From Thermoproteota archaeon (GTDB lineage: Archaea > Thermoproteota > Nitrososphaeria_A > Caldarchaeales > Calditenuaceae): a stretch of 32,000 nucleotides of DNA. Shown here piece after piece: positions 16,646-24,708 of the stretch (positions are counted from its first letter, which is position 1; every line of letters begins with the position of its first letter). The notes beneath the pieces were generated by a model. The model was not told where the DNA came from, did no database searches, and worked only from the letters and a program-made list of their open reading frames with translations. Made by a program: the position numbers and the translations under genes. Where the stretch lies: NCBI GenBank assembly GCA_030550155.1, contig JAUQPZ010000009.1, positions 1 to 32,000 of the forward strand, given 5' to 3'.

Positions 16646-17706
16646 ATTATCAGCTTCTCAGTCTTTTTATCAAATATGTGCAGCTTTTCGGCAAGTAGTT
16701 TAAAGTAGGCCTTTTCTCCAACCTTCAGTCCCACTGACGGTGGGGCCTGAGCCACGATAAGCACGTCACCGGCTTGAAGTGTAACGAATGAGAGGTTCCC
16801 CACATCCTCGACTAAGTAGATTGTTGATTCTATGTAGTCCTTATCGCTGGTCGTAGAAACAAGAACGTCCTCAGGCCTAACTCCTACTAGTAACTCCGTG
16901 CCAGAGTTGCTTTCCCCCATCAGCTTAACAATCGACGCTGGTAAACTGATATCAAAGCTCCCGGTACTTAGTCGAGGACTCTCATCGATTATCAGCGTGG
17001 CCTCAAATATGTTCATCTTCGGGCTTCCGACGAATTCAGCCACAAATCTGTTGGCCGGCCTGTTGTATATTTCTTGAGGCGACCCTATCTGCTGGACTCG
17101 CCCACTCCTCATTACCGCTATCCTATTTGCCATCACCATCGCCTCGATCTGGTCGTGAGTTACGTAGATCGTCGTAGTCTTCAGGCGTTCTTGGAGTTTT
17201 TTAAGCTCTCCACGCATCTTAGCCCTCAGTGCTGCGTCTAGGTTGGATAGTGGCTCATCCATTAGGAAAACCGACGGCTCCCTAACGATGGCCCGCCCGA
17301 GAGCTACCCGCTGCTGTTCTCCGCCGCTCAGCTGGGCCGGCTTCCTCTCTAGGAGGTGCTTAATCCCTAATAGCTCAGCGGTCTCCCAGACTTTCCTCCT
17401 TATCTCTTCCCGCGACAGCCCGCGTACCTGTAGATTCAGAGCCATGTTGTCAAACACTTTCATGTGAGGGTACAACGCGTAGTCTTGGAAAACCATCGCG
17501 ATGCGTCTGTCCTTAGGCTCTAGGTCGTTTACGACCATGTCGTCGAAGAGTATCAGGCCGCTGGTAGGCTTCTCGAGCCCGGCGATGAGTCTGAGAGTCG
17601 TGGTCTTCCCGCACCCCGAGGGGCCCAGCAGAACCATGAACTCGCCGTCATTAACCTGAAGATCTACGTTGTCAACTGCTTTTGTCTCGCCGAAAAGCTT
17701 ACTCAC
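16642..17706 (-). CDS. ABC transporter ATP-binding protein (MalK/UgpC type)
   Basis: Walker A GPSGCGKTT, signature LSGGEQQRVALGRA, Walker B FLMDEPLS, and a C-terminal MalK-like regulatory domain. The homologous N-terminus (TEVKLEKV) extends upstream of the only canonical start, GTG 17706. Confidence 0.9.
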   Translation of the reverse strand: MSKLFGETKAVDNVDLQVNDGEFMVLLGPSGCGKTTTLRLIAGLEKPTSGLILFDDMVVNDLEPKDRRIAMVFQDYALYPHMKVFDNMALNLQVRGLSREEIRRKVWETAELLGIKHLLERKPAQLSGGEQQRVALGRAIVREPSVFLMDEPLSNLDAALRAKMRGELKKLQERLKTTTIYVTHDQIEAMVMANRIAVMRSGRVQQIGSPQEIYNRPANRFVAEFVGSPKMNIFEATLIIDESPRLSTGSFDISLPASIVKLMGESNSGTELLVGVRPEDVLVSTTSDKDYIESTIYLVEDVGNLSFVTLQAGDVLIVAQAPPSVGLKVGEKAYFKLLAEKLHIFDKKTEKLII

Positions 17707-17741
17707 TTTCTCCAGCTTGACTTCCGTCAGACAGAATCACC

Positions 17742-18986
17742 TTAATCCTTTAGCTCCCCTATGTTCTCTTTAATCTTCTCTATGGCGGCGGCTATCATGT
17801 CCAAGGCCTCCCTCTCCGCCAGCAAAACATAGTGTAGAAGCGTAACCTCCCTCTTAGTAAACTCCTCTGCACCCGGTAGATACATGCCGTCGTATCCGGG
17901 ATATTTTGTTCCAGGCGGCATGACTTCTAGGAATGCGTCGCGGCTGAAGGCTTTCTGCCTGTATAGAGGCATGCCATAGCCCACGTCGGCGGGAACACCC
18001 TCGGCCCTCAAGGCACTTATGAACTTCCCTTTCGGGACGCCTCCAAACTCCTCCTGATCATATCTGAAGATGAAGTAGTAGTAGCCTCTCTTGGTCACGC
18101 CGGACTCCATCTTCTGAGGCTCAACTCCCCCAATCCTCCTCAAACGGTCAGCAAGATACTCTCCGTTCCTATGCTTCTTCTCAACCTGCTCTTTCAGCTC
18201 GTCAAGCTTGGCTAGGAGGATAGCCGCTTGGAACTCTGTCATCCTATAGTTTGAGCTGAGGATGTAGTGTTCATAACCCGGCCTTCCCAAAACCCTGCCT
18301 ATGTTATGTATCAGCCTAGCCTTGGCCGCATATTCGTCGTTGTCCGTTAGGACTATGCCACCTTCGCCCGCGGTGAGTGATTTACTTTCTTGGAATGAGA
18401 ATCCACCCATATCGCCTATTGCTCCGACCCGCCTGCCCCTCCACTCAGAGCCGTGAGCGTGGGCGCAGTCCTCAACCAGCTTCACTCCATTCTTGGCCAT
18501 TATAGGCTTCAGCTCGTCGAAGTTAACAGGGTTGCCTCCATAGTGGACAGCCACAACAGCTCTGACACCGTCCTCCCGCTCAAGAATCTCTCTAACAGAG
18601 CGCGGAGAGATGTTCCCAGTCTCAGGGTCGATGTCTGCAAACACCGGGACTGCTCCGAGCTCAGTTGCGGCTGAGGCCGAGGCTATGAAGGTGACGGCCG
18701 GGACTATAACCTTGTCGCCCTGCCTAACTCCAACGGTCTTCAAAGCAAGCTCCAGCGCGACAGTGCCGTTCGCGACCGCTATCCCGTGTTTTGCGTGGTG
18801 ATACTCGGCGAAAGATGACTCGAAAAGCTCTGCCCTAGAGCCCGAATAGATTCTACACCACCTCCTACTCTCCAAAACCTCGATCAAAGCTCGCTTCTCC
18901 TTCTCGCCGAAGGCCGGCCACGGGGGCACAAGCCTGAACAAGTCCTTAGCGGAGGGGTTACCACCTTTTATTGCTAGACGCGCCAA
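17742..18986 (-). CDS. DegT/DnrJ/EryC1/StrS-family PLP-dependent aminotransferase
   Basis: GTVALELALK, DCAHAHGSEWRGRRVG and FSFQESKSLTAGEGG (PLP-lysine region) are family-typical. TTG start. Confidence 0.8.
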   Translation of the reverse strand: MARLAIKGGNPSAKDLFRLVPPWPAFGEKEKRALIEVLESRRWCRIYSGSRAELFESSFAEYHHAKHGIAVANGTVALELALKTVGVRQGDKVIVPAVTFIASASAATELGAVPVFADIDPETGNISPRSVREILEREDGVRAVVAVHYGGNPVNFDELKPIMAKNGVKLVEDCAHAHGSEWRGRRVGAIGDMGGFSFQESKSLTAGEGGIVLTDNDEYAAKARLIHNIGRVLGRPGYEHYILSSNYRMTEFQAAILLAKLDELKEQVEKKHRNGEYLADRLRRIGGVEPQKMESGVTKRGYYYFIFRYDQEEFGGVPKGKFISALRAEGVPADVGYGMPLYRQKAFSRDAFLEVMPPGTKYPGYDGMYLPGAEEFTKREVTLLHYVLLAEREALDMIAAAIEKIKENIGELKD

Positions 18987-19063
18987 ATAGGGCTCACCTT
19001 ATCGCACATAAAGATTCTCATGACTCGCTATATATAATATGACACATACGCGCTTCTGCTCTC

Positions 19064-20248
19064 CTACTCTATGGGTGGTAGATACGTGAAGACCTCTTTG
19101 AAGCTTGTAGAGAGAACGAGAGCGCCGACCTCTAGCTCCTGTATCGGCCCCTCATGCGGCGTATATATCCTAGCTAGGCCCTTGCCGTCAATCCCTATGA
19201 AGAGTGCAAGGCTATGGGCCCTCCTACCCTGGCTGTTAATATAGGAGAGTATGCCCAGTCCGGCCTCCGACATATCAACTCCCTCGATGAGCGGCGCCCT
19301 CTCAACTCCCGCCTCCTCCAACTCCTTAACAACAGCCCCCAAGTAATCCTCAATCGATATAGAAGCCGAGAGCAGCGGCGTGGCTTTAAGCCACCTCCTA
19401 GGCGTTGATACAAGCCTAGCTCCGCGCAGAAACCGAGTATAATTCATCTCCCTGATCTGCTTTCTAGCCTCTTGGTCCCTCCTCAAGACGGTTCCAGGCC
19501 CCGGGAGATTGAAGACCTTGGCACCAACCTCCAACGCCGACTCAACCATCTCTCCAGGGTTGCCGACTCCTATGAGTACGACGTGGCTCGGCTTGAAAAT
19601 CTTGATGAGCTGTGACTTATACTCTCTTGCCCGCTCGTGGTCTATCCAGCCGTCCGTGTTGATAAGTACTCTGCCCGCGCTCTCTATACTTGATGCGAGT
19701 TCTGTGACGGTTTTCAAAGAGTGTCTTATTGCGTAGGAGGGAGAGGTGTAGCCATATGGGTATATTGTGGCTGGCTTAAACGATGAGAACGTGGGGGAGG
19801 GCCTAGTGCCTGTGGCCACGGCCATAGTTGTGGGTGGGCAGATCTCCGACTGGCCTACATCTAGGTCGACTATAGTTGTCCCTCCTTTGGGCACGAGCCT
19901 GTTGTAGAGATAAGTTAGGAGAGAGGTCTTACCCGTGTCAACTCCTCCGACGACCATTACGCGAAAACTTTCTCCGAGGTTTGTGACCACATCTGTCCAT
20001 TCGCTAGGAATCGTGTTGCCTTCCACAGTCTCAACACTTCCACCCGTGCCCATGAGGACCTCAACCACCGCGCCGCCATCGGAGTAGAGCGGGAGGGAAC
20101 GCCACGGCCTCGCAATAATCCTCTCCTTCTGTCCAGGGCTGTAGCCGAAGACCTCGACTCTTCCCTCTAAAATTCGGGCAGAGGCCGGCCCTTTCAGGAC
20201 CAGTGTAGTATGAGGGCTGAGATGGATGCTCTGAGCCTCGGTAAGCAT
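19064..20248 (-). CDS. Clp1/Grc3-type polynucleotide 5'-hydroxyl kinase
   Basis: The N-terminal beta-domain reads LKGPASARILEGRVEVFGY. The P-loop is VVGGVDTGKTSLLTYL. Size and domain order match archaeal Clp1 homologues. Confidence 0.65.
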   Translation of the reverse strand: MLTEAQSIHLSPHTTLVLKGPASARILEGRVEVFGYSPGQKERIIARPWRSLPLYSDGGAVVEVLMGTGGSVETVEGNTIPSEWTDVVTNLGESFRVMVVGGVDTGKTSLLTYLYNRLVPKGGTTIVDLDVGQSEICPPTTMAVATGTRPSPTFSSFKPATIYPYGYTSPSYAIRHSLKTVTELASSIESAGRVLINTDGWIDHERAREYKSQLIKIFKPSHVVLIGVGNPGEMVESALEVGAKVFNLPGPGTVLRRDQEARKQIREMNYTRFLRGARLVSTPRRWLKATPLLSASISIEDYLGAVVKELEEAGVERAPLIEGVDMSEAGLGILSYINSQGRRAHSLALFIGIDGKGLARIYTPHEGPIQELEVGALVLSTSFKEVFTYLPPIE

Positions 20249-20307
20249 CTCTACCCACCATGTTGTGGCGGCCTAAACTTTACTCTTCACCCAGAGAGTC
20301 CCAGAAC

Positions 20308-21279
20308 TTATATACCCAAGAGCCTTAAAGGCGTCTTAAGAAGCGGCCACAACCCGACGTCTATCCTCGACGCGGCCTCTGAGAGCGCCGCCCACTCCTC
20401 CTCGCTTAGCTCCAGCTCCGCTGCACCAGCGTTCGACTCTACCTGCTCAGCCCTCTTCGCACCCGGAATAGCAACTACGCGCTCCCTCTTAATCAGCCAT
20501 GCCAGGGCTATCTGCCCCGGCTCCGCGCCATGCCTAGAAGCAACCTCCCTTAGAAGCTCCATCAGGGGCCCGGCCCTCCTCATCACTGAAGGGTCGAAGA
20601 GTGGGTTTAGCCTCCTCACGAAATCCCTCGGCCTGTTGGAGACGTTATAACGCGCCGTCAAAAATCCTTGGGCTAAGGGGCTATACGCTATCAGCGCGAC
20701 CCCTTCTCTCTCGCAGTAGGGGAGAAGCTCCCTCTCGACGCCCCTCTCCACCAGATTATACTTCACTTGGTCAGAGACTATCTCCTCCTTCTTGAGACAC
20801 TCCTGCGCCCTCCTCAACATGCCCGCAGAAAAATTACTTACACCGATAGTCCTCACCTTTCCCTGCTCCACGAGCCTCTCCATAGCCCTCATCGTCGAGG
20901 AGAGCGGTATCAGCGGGTTCGGCCAGTGAACCTGGTAGAGGTCTATAACGTCAACACCTAAGCGCCTGAGGCTTCTCTCACAGGCCTTCAAAACTCCATC
21001 ATAGGTCGCGTGCGTGGGCCAGACTTTGGTCGCGATGACAACCTCGTCCCTGAATTCGCGGACAGCTCTGCCCACAACCTCCTCAGAGACACCACCCCCA
21101 TAGATCTCGGCGGTATCGATGAAGTTGACCCCGAGCTCGTGAGACCTAACAATGGCTTTTATGACCTCATCAATGCTATAACCCCGATTCCACCCCCACT
21201 CAGACGACCCAATCTGCCAAGTCCCTAACCCAATCTTCGAAACCCTCAACCCACTCCTACCAAGCTCAATATACCTCAA
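20308..21279 (-). CDS. aldo/keto reductase
   Basis: LGRSGLRVSKIGLGTW, FIDTAEIYGGG, IDLYQVHWP, GVSNF and AIPGAK are classic AKR motifs. TTG start. Confidence 0.9.
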   Translation of the reverse strand: MRYIELGRSGLRVSKIGLGTWQIGSSEWGWNRGYSIDEVIKAIVRSHELGVNFIDTAEIYGGGVSEEVVGRAVREFRDEVVIATKVWPTHATYDGVLKACERSLRRLGVDVIDLYQVHWPNPLIPLSSTMRAMERLVEQGKVRTIGVSNFSAGMLRRAQECLKKEEIVSDQVKYNLVERGVERELLPYCEREGVALIAYSPLAQGFLTARYNVSNRPRDFVRRLNPLFDPSVMRRAGPLMELLREVASRHGAEPGQIALAWLIKRERVVAIPGAKRAEQVESNAGAAELELSEEEWAALSEAASRIDVGLWPLLKTPLRLLGI

Positions 21280-21442
21280 ATCCCAACCACGGGAAACCGC
21301 CCAATAATATTTAGATTCCTATTAAACAAGCACTGCGTTACCGACACCCTGCCCAGACGCGCCGCTCCCACGTGAACAGTCTCTCCGAGATAAGCCACTA
21401 ATTATCATTGAAGCTACCTGCCGCGCCCCTTCCTAAGAGATA

Positions 21443-21515
21443 TGCCCCGGGCCGGACTCGAACCGGCGACTTCCCGGTCTTCAGCCGGGCGCTCTCCCAG
21501 CTGAGCTACCGGGGC
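21443..21515 (-). tRNA. tRNA-Phe: tRNA-Phe (anticodon GAA)
   Basis: The reverse complement is GCCCCGGTAGCTCAGCTGGGAGAGCGCCCGGCTGAAGACCGGGAAGTCGCCGGTTCGAGTCCGGCCCGGGGCA, which folds as a clean cloverleaf. The anticodon loop is CTGAAGA. Confidence 0.93.
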
Positions 21516-21797
21516 ACCCCGCACATCCAACAAAAGAGGCATAAAGCGCTTCTTATAGACATTACGCGGAAGACATCAACCGTGAACCGTCCTGCTCACC
21601 CGCTCTGCGAGGAGTTACAACGACTCCCAGAATCGAGATATTTTGAGGAGGTGTAATCTATAAGCTATGTATAATTCTCCAAATTAAATAAACTACCATC
21701 CAACTTAACTCCTATAGATTCAACCGCGCCGCTCTTATGTTCCATGCTGGCAGCCACCCTCCACCCCGTCATAGCATAGAGGTGATAATAGCAGAAA

Positions 21798-22943
21798 CTA
21801 GTTGCCTCCTGGCGCTCCTAGGGGTAGGTCTATCCACGGCCAGTCGTAGACTGAGTCGTCATCGAACCAAGCATAATAGTTTGACGGGACGGTCTGCCTT
21901 ATGCATCTCGTCGCGTCACAGCCTGAGGTGGCCTCATTTCCGTATGCGTCCGTCCAGAAGCTTGAAGGGCCTGGATTCCCCCAGCCGAAGTCAGGATGCT
22001 CAACCGACCTCTGGTTGCCGAGGAAGAAGCTCCGCGGGTCTCCGAATGGAAGCCCCTCAACGACACCACATATCGGGTAAACCCGTGAGAGATCACCTAC
22101 CTTCATGTAGGTCATAGGGTTGTAAACACCTATTCCAGGCGCCGCGAAGAACCTTGCCCCGTGAATGTTCCCTGACCCGACACGTACAGAGAAGTACCAG
22201 ACCTCGTAAAACAGTCCCCTCGAGACACACTCCTCATCAGGTACTATTCTGTCGCCTACTCGGGGGCCGCATTTCGGGTTCAGGTTTCCTGTCGGAGCCA
22301 TCAGGTTTACTTTTGTTACCCTCCCGGCAGAGTCAACTATGTCTATCTGGATGCTGTGAAGTGATTGGACGAGCCGACGAGCCCCCGCCGTTCCTTGATG
22401 AACAACTATGCGCCACTCCGCGTTATTACCAAGCCCATCGCCTGTCCTAGGCTTATAGAAGATCTTGAATCCCGCGTGGGCCGCTATCTCCTCAACCATG
22501 CCGGCAATCTTAGCTGCATAGCCGAAGGCCGGCAAGTCCCTGAAACTCCCTTGAACGGGATTATCTCCATGCTCGTGGGCGAATGTGCATGTGCCTCTTG
22601 CTGGATTACTCGGGTCTATTGGAACAGTTACGGGATGCCACGTCCTATACTTTCTACCATCCGGCCCGATGACGAAATACCTGTCGTGAACCTCCGGAGG
22701 GCAGGTCCCCAGGATTGCTTGGTTAACGGCTGGGAAAGTGTCTGAGTAGCCAGCCGTGCTAGTGGTCGAGGATGTAGTCGTAAATGTCCTCGTGGTTGAT
22801 GTCGATGTTACCGTGGTGTATGAGGAGGTGCGCGTCCTCGTCGGCCGGGGGCGACGAGCTGCTTCAGCGACATCCACGACTAAACCGATTGCCAAAACCG
22901 CAATTATGACTACCGTTAAGACAGTTCTCGCTGTGTTCCACAT
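21798..22943 (-). CDS. secreted or anchored protein of unknown function (Thr/Ser-rich stalk, 7 Cys, FAHEHGDNP motif)
   Basis: N-terminal TM/signal segment, a TRTRTSSYTTVTSTSTTRTFTTTSSTTST linker, and a globular domain of about 300 aa. No family was recognised. Confidence 0.6.
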   Translation of the reverse strand: MWNTARTVLTVVIIAVLAIGLVVDVAEAARRPRPTRTRTSSYTTVTSTSTTRTFTTTSSTTSTAGYSDTFPAVNQAILGTCPPEVHDRYFVIGPDGRKYRTWHPVTVPIDPSNPARGTCTFAHEHGDNPVQGSFRDLPAFGYAAKIAGMVEEIAAHAGFKIFYKPRTGDGLGNNAEWRIVVHQGTAGARRLVQSLHSIQIDIVDSAGRVTKVNLMAPTGNLNPKCGPRVGDRIVPDEECVSRGLFYEVWYFSVRVGSGNIHGARFFAAPGIGVYNPMTYMKVGDLSRVYPICGVVEGLPFGDPRSFFLGNQRSVEHPDFGWGNPGPSSFWTDAYGNEATSGCDATRCIRQTVPSNYYAWFDDDSVYDWPWIDLPLGAPGGN

Positions 22944-22968
22944 TTATTTAAGACTGCTCGCCGAGGAG

Positions 22969-22984
22969 TTATTTAATAGTTTCT
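22969..22984 (-). promoter_or_regulatory. BRE/TATA-like element AGAAACTATTAAATAA upstream of the 381-aa exoprotein gene
   Basis: It lies 25 nt upstream of the ATG at 22943 and is 15/16 identical to the element at 5608-5623. Confidence 0.4.
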
Positions 22985-23234
22985 TTAGACATTAACCATT
23001 AAGTATTCAAAAAATTTTAATATAAGCTATCGGAATGAGGGCGGCTCGTTCACGGCATATAATGACTAGATCTTCGGCTCAGAAATTATAGACACAAACT
23101 ATGGAGGCATGGTGACTTGGGACTGTGGAGAGAAGTCATTAAAGGCGCCTAGGCGGTATAAAGTCTCGCGCTGGATGGAGAGCGAGATGTTACCGTTAAT
23201 CCCCATAATCCGGGATTCAAGCTTCTTCGTGTAA

Positions 23235-23933
23235 CTATCTTAAGCCCAAGAAGAAACTAAGAGCAGCTATTATGAGGACGGCCCCGCTCAGTTTAGGGAG
23301 CAGGTGTCCATGCCTTTTGAGTGAGCGCTCCACCTTCCCGTACACAGTGATAGCGGCCAACGTTATCCCAATCAACCCCCCAGCGACTGCTAACGCATAT
23401 ATTAACATGAGGCCGAGTGGATCAATCCCACCAACTGCTAGGGCTAAGAGTGCAAACTCTTCTTCGTGGGCGAATCCGAGGATGAACGCGAACGCGGCAA
23501 TACCTGATAAGCTGAGCTCCACTCTTTTTGGATGGTAGTGCAGATGGCTGTGTCTCGTCCCATCTGAGTGCACGTGTTCATGTGTGTGCCAGCCTCCCGC
23601 AAAATCTTCGTGAAAGTGCCCGTGTTGTTCTTCATGGCTTTTCTCAAGGAGAAATCTAACTCCGAGAATAAGCAGAACTGCTCCGGCGATATAGTTTACA
23701 TACGGTATGGTGAAGGAGACGAATGTTTTTAATATTATATAGGCTGCGACTACAGCCAGCGAGGAAATCAGGTGAAAAAAGGAGATTATGGAGCTGCTGA
23801 TGAACGCTCTAAACATTCGTCCTGAGTGCTTTGAGGCGTAGAGCAAAGCTACGGGCCACCCATGCCCGGGCTCCAGCCCGTGCAGTAACCCGATAGCGGC
23901 CACCATGAGATACGTAGGGTCAGCCATTAGCAA
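23235..23933 (-). CDS. RcnA/NicO-like Ni/Co efflux-type membrane protein with a His-rich loop
   Basis: LLHGLEPGHGWP resembles the RcnA HAxxPGHGK motif. There are six hydrophobic spans. The central loop SHEEQHGHFHEDFAGGWHTHEHVHSDGTRHSHLHYH contains 12 His. The start is TTG 23933 or ATG 23927. Confidence 0.6.
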   Translation of the reverse strand: MLMADPTYLMVAAIGLLHGLEPGHGWPVALLYASKHSGRMFRAFISSSIISFFHLISSLAVVAAYIILKTFVSFTIPYVNYIAGAVLLILGVRFLLEKSHEEQHGHFHEDFAGGWHTHEHVHSDGTRHSHLHYHPKRVELSLSGIAAFAFILGFAHEEEFALLALAVGGIDPLGLMLIYALAVAGGLIGITLAAITVYGKVERSLKRHGHLLPKLSGAVLIIAALSFFLGLR

Positions 23934-24222
23934 ATCGAATATCTCGCAAACTATAAACCTTATTCCATAGACCCGTGCTGCGATAAATCTTTAGTGATGT
24001 AAAAGAAGGCCAAGACTAGCCTCTCGGTCGTTTGGCGGCCCAGTCTATGAGCCCGCATCAAGCATGCTCAACGTGCTAGATGCCCCTCGGGAGCTTCACG
24101 AGCATCTCAAGCATTCATTCATGATGCTAGAGAAAATTCTCCTGCCTCAGAGCCTCTCCTCCTAATTTTTCACAATTTTCTTTTCTAATCAATTATCAGT
24201 AAAAATAGAAGACGAGTAGATG

Positions 24223-24328
24223 TGCGGGGGGTGGGATTCGAACCCACGAACCCCTGCGGGAGCGGCTGGCTCCTCTTGCGGGGTAGATCTTGAGGCCGCC
24301 GCCTTTGGCCAGGCTTGGCTACCCCCGC
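24223..24328 (-). tRNA. tRNA-Leu: tRNA-Leu (anticodon CAA) with a 21-nt intron at the canonical 37/38 position
   Basis: The reverse complement is GCGGGGGTAGCCAAGCCTGGCCAAAGGCG-GCGGC-CTCAAG[ATCTACCCCGCAAGAGGAGCC]A-GCCGC-TCCCGCAGGGGTTC-GTGGGTTCGAATCCCAC-CCCCCGCA. The class II long variable arm fits Leu. Confidence 0.88.
24268..24288 (-). other. tRNA-Leu intron (boundary ambiguous by 1 nt)
   Basis: It interrupts the anticodon loop right after position 37. Removing it restores the 7-nt loop CTCAAGA and the stem GCGGC/GCCGC. Confidence 0.8.
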
Positions 24329-24372
24329 TCTCCTCGTATTGTCTCGCGTGGTGGGTGGATTTAATTTTTGGG

Positions 24373-24675
24373 TTACTCTGTGAAGATGCTTCCGAAGCCT
24401 GAGAGGGCCCGCTCATCCTCCTCCCTTATCTTTGCGAGGACTTGGTTGAGCTCTTCTCCCTCGACCAGTCTCGCCTTATCCTTCAAGAGCTCGCCTACGC
24501 GTCTGAGCTGCTCTTCCGTGCCGACAACCCTGATGTAGGTGCCCTCGCGTCCGAGGAGGAGTTTGGCATCCTTAAGTATTATGTTCGCCCTGGAGGCCGT
24601 GTCGTCGGATAGAAGTATCCGCTCTATGTCCGCGGCGCCGCTGGCCACATGGTAGACCTGCTCGTTGGACTGCAC
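24373..24675 (-). CDS. small conserved-looking cytosolic protein (100 aa) with an acidic C-terminal tail resembling the ribosomal stalk peptide
   Basis: GTG start, ordinary globular composition, and a C-terminus reading KIREEDERALSGFGSIFTE. No family name is assigned with confidence. Confidence 0.55.
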   Translation of the reverse strand: MQSNEQVYHVASGAADIERILLSDDTASRANIILKDAKLLLGREGTYIRVVGTEEQLRRVGELLKDKARLVEGEELNQVLAKIREEDERALSGFGSIFTE

Positions 24676-24708
24676 ATCCCCTAATCGGCGTAGCTGTCTA
24701 TTAAATCG

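Noticed and set aside
20210-20650. 146-aa plus-strand ORF overlapping the Clp1-type kinase start and the AKR 3' end (also 20601-20795, 20767-20961 and 21010-21228)
   Set aside because: It is antisense to the AKR gene, which carries classic motifs. The sequence is Ser/Ala/Pro-rich nonsense.
21737-22745. Plus-strand ORFs 21737-22117, 22154-22450 and 22365-22745 opposite the 381-aa exoprotein gene
   Set aside because: There are three mutually out-of-frame fragments with Arg/Ser/Pro-rich composition. The single continuous minus ORF, with a signal peptide and a promoter element, is the better model.
23109-23234. 41-codon plus ORF (MVTWDCGEKSLKAPRRYKVSRWMESEMLPLIPIIRDSSFFV) abutting the RcnA-like gene stop
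   Set aside because: It is too short, has no recognisable motif or upstream TATA box, and lies in an AT-rich spacer where short ORFs arise by chance.
24064-24165. 33-codon plus ORF (MLNVLDAPRELHEHLKHSFMMLEKILLPQSLSS) divergent from the RcnA-like gene, considered as a possible mini metal regulator
   Set aside because: It is far shorter than the CsoR/RcnR or NikR families. The frame is closed upstream by stops, so it cannot be extended. There is no supporting evidence.
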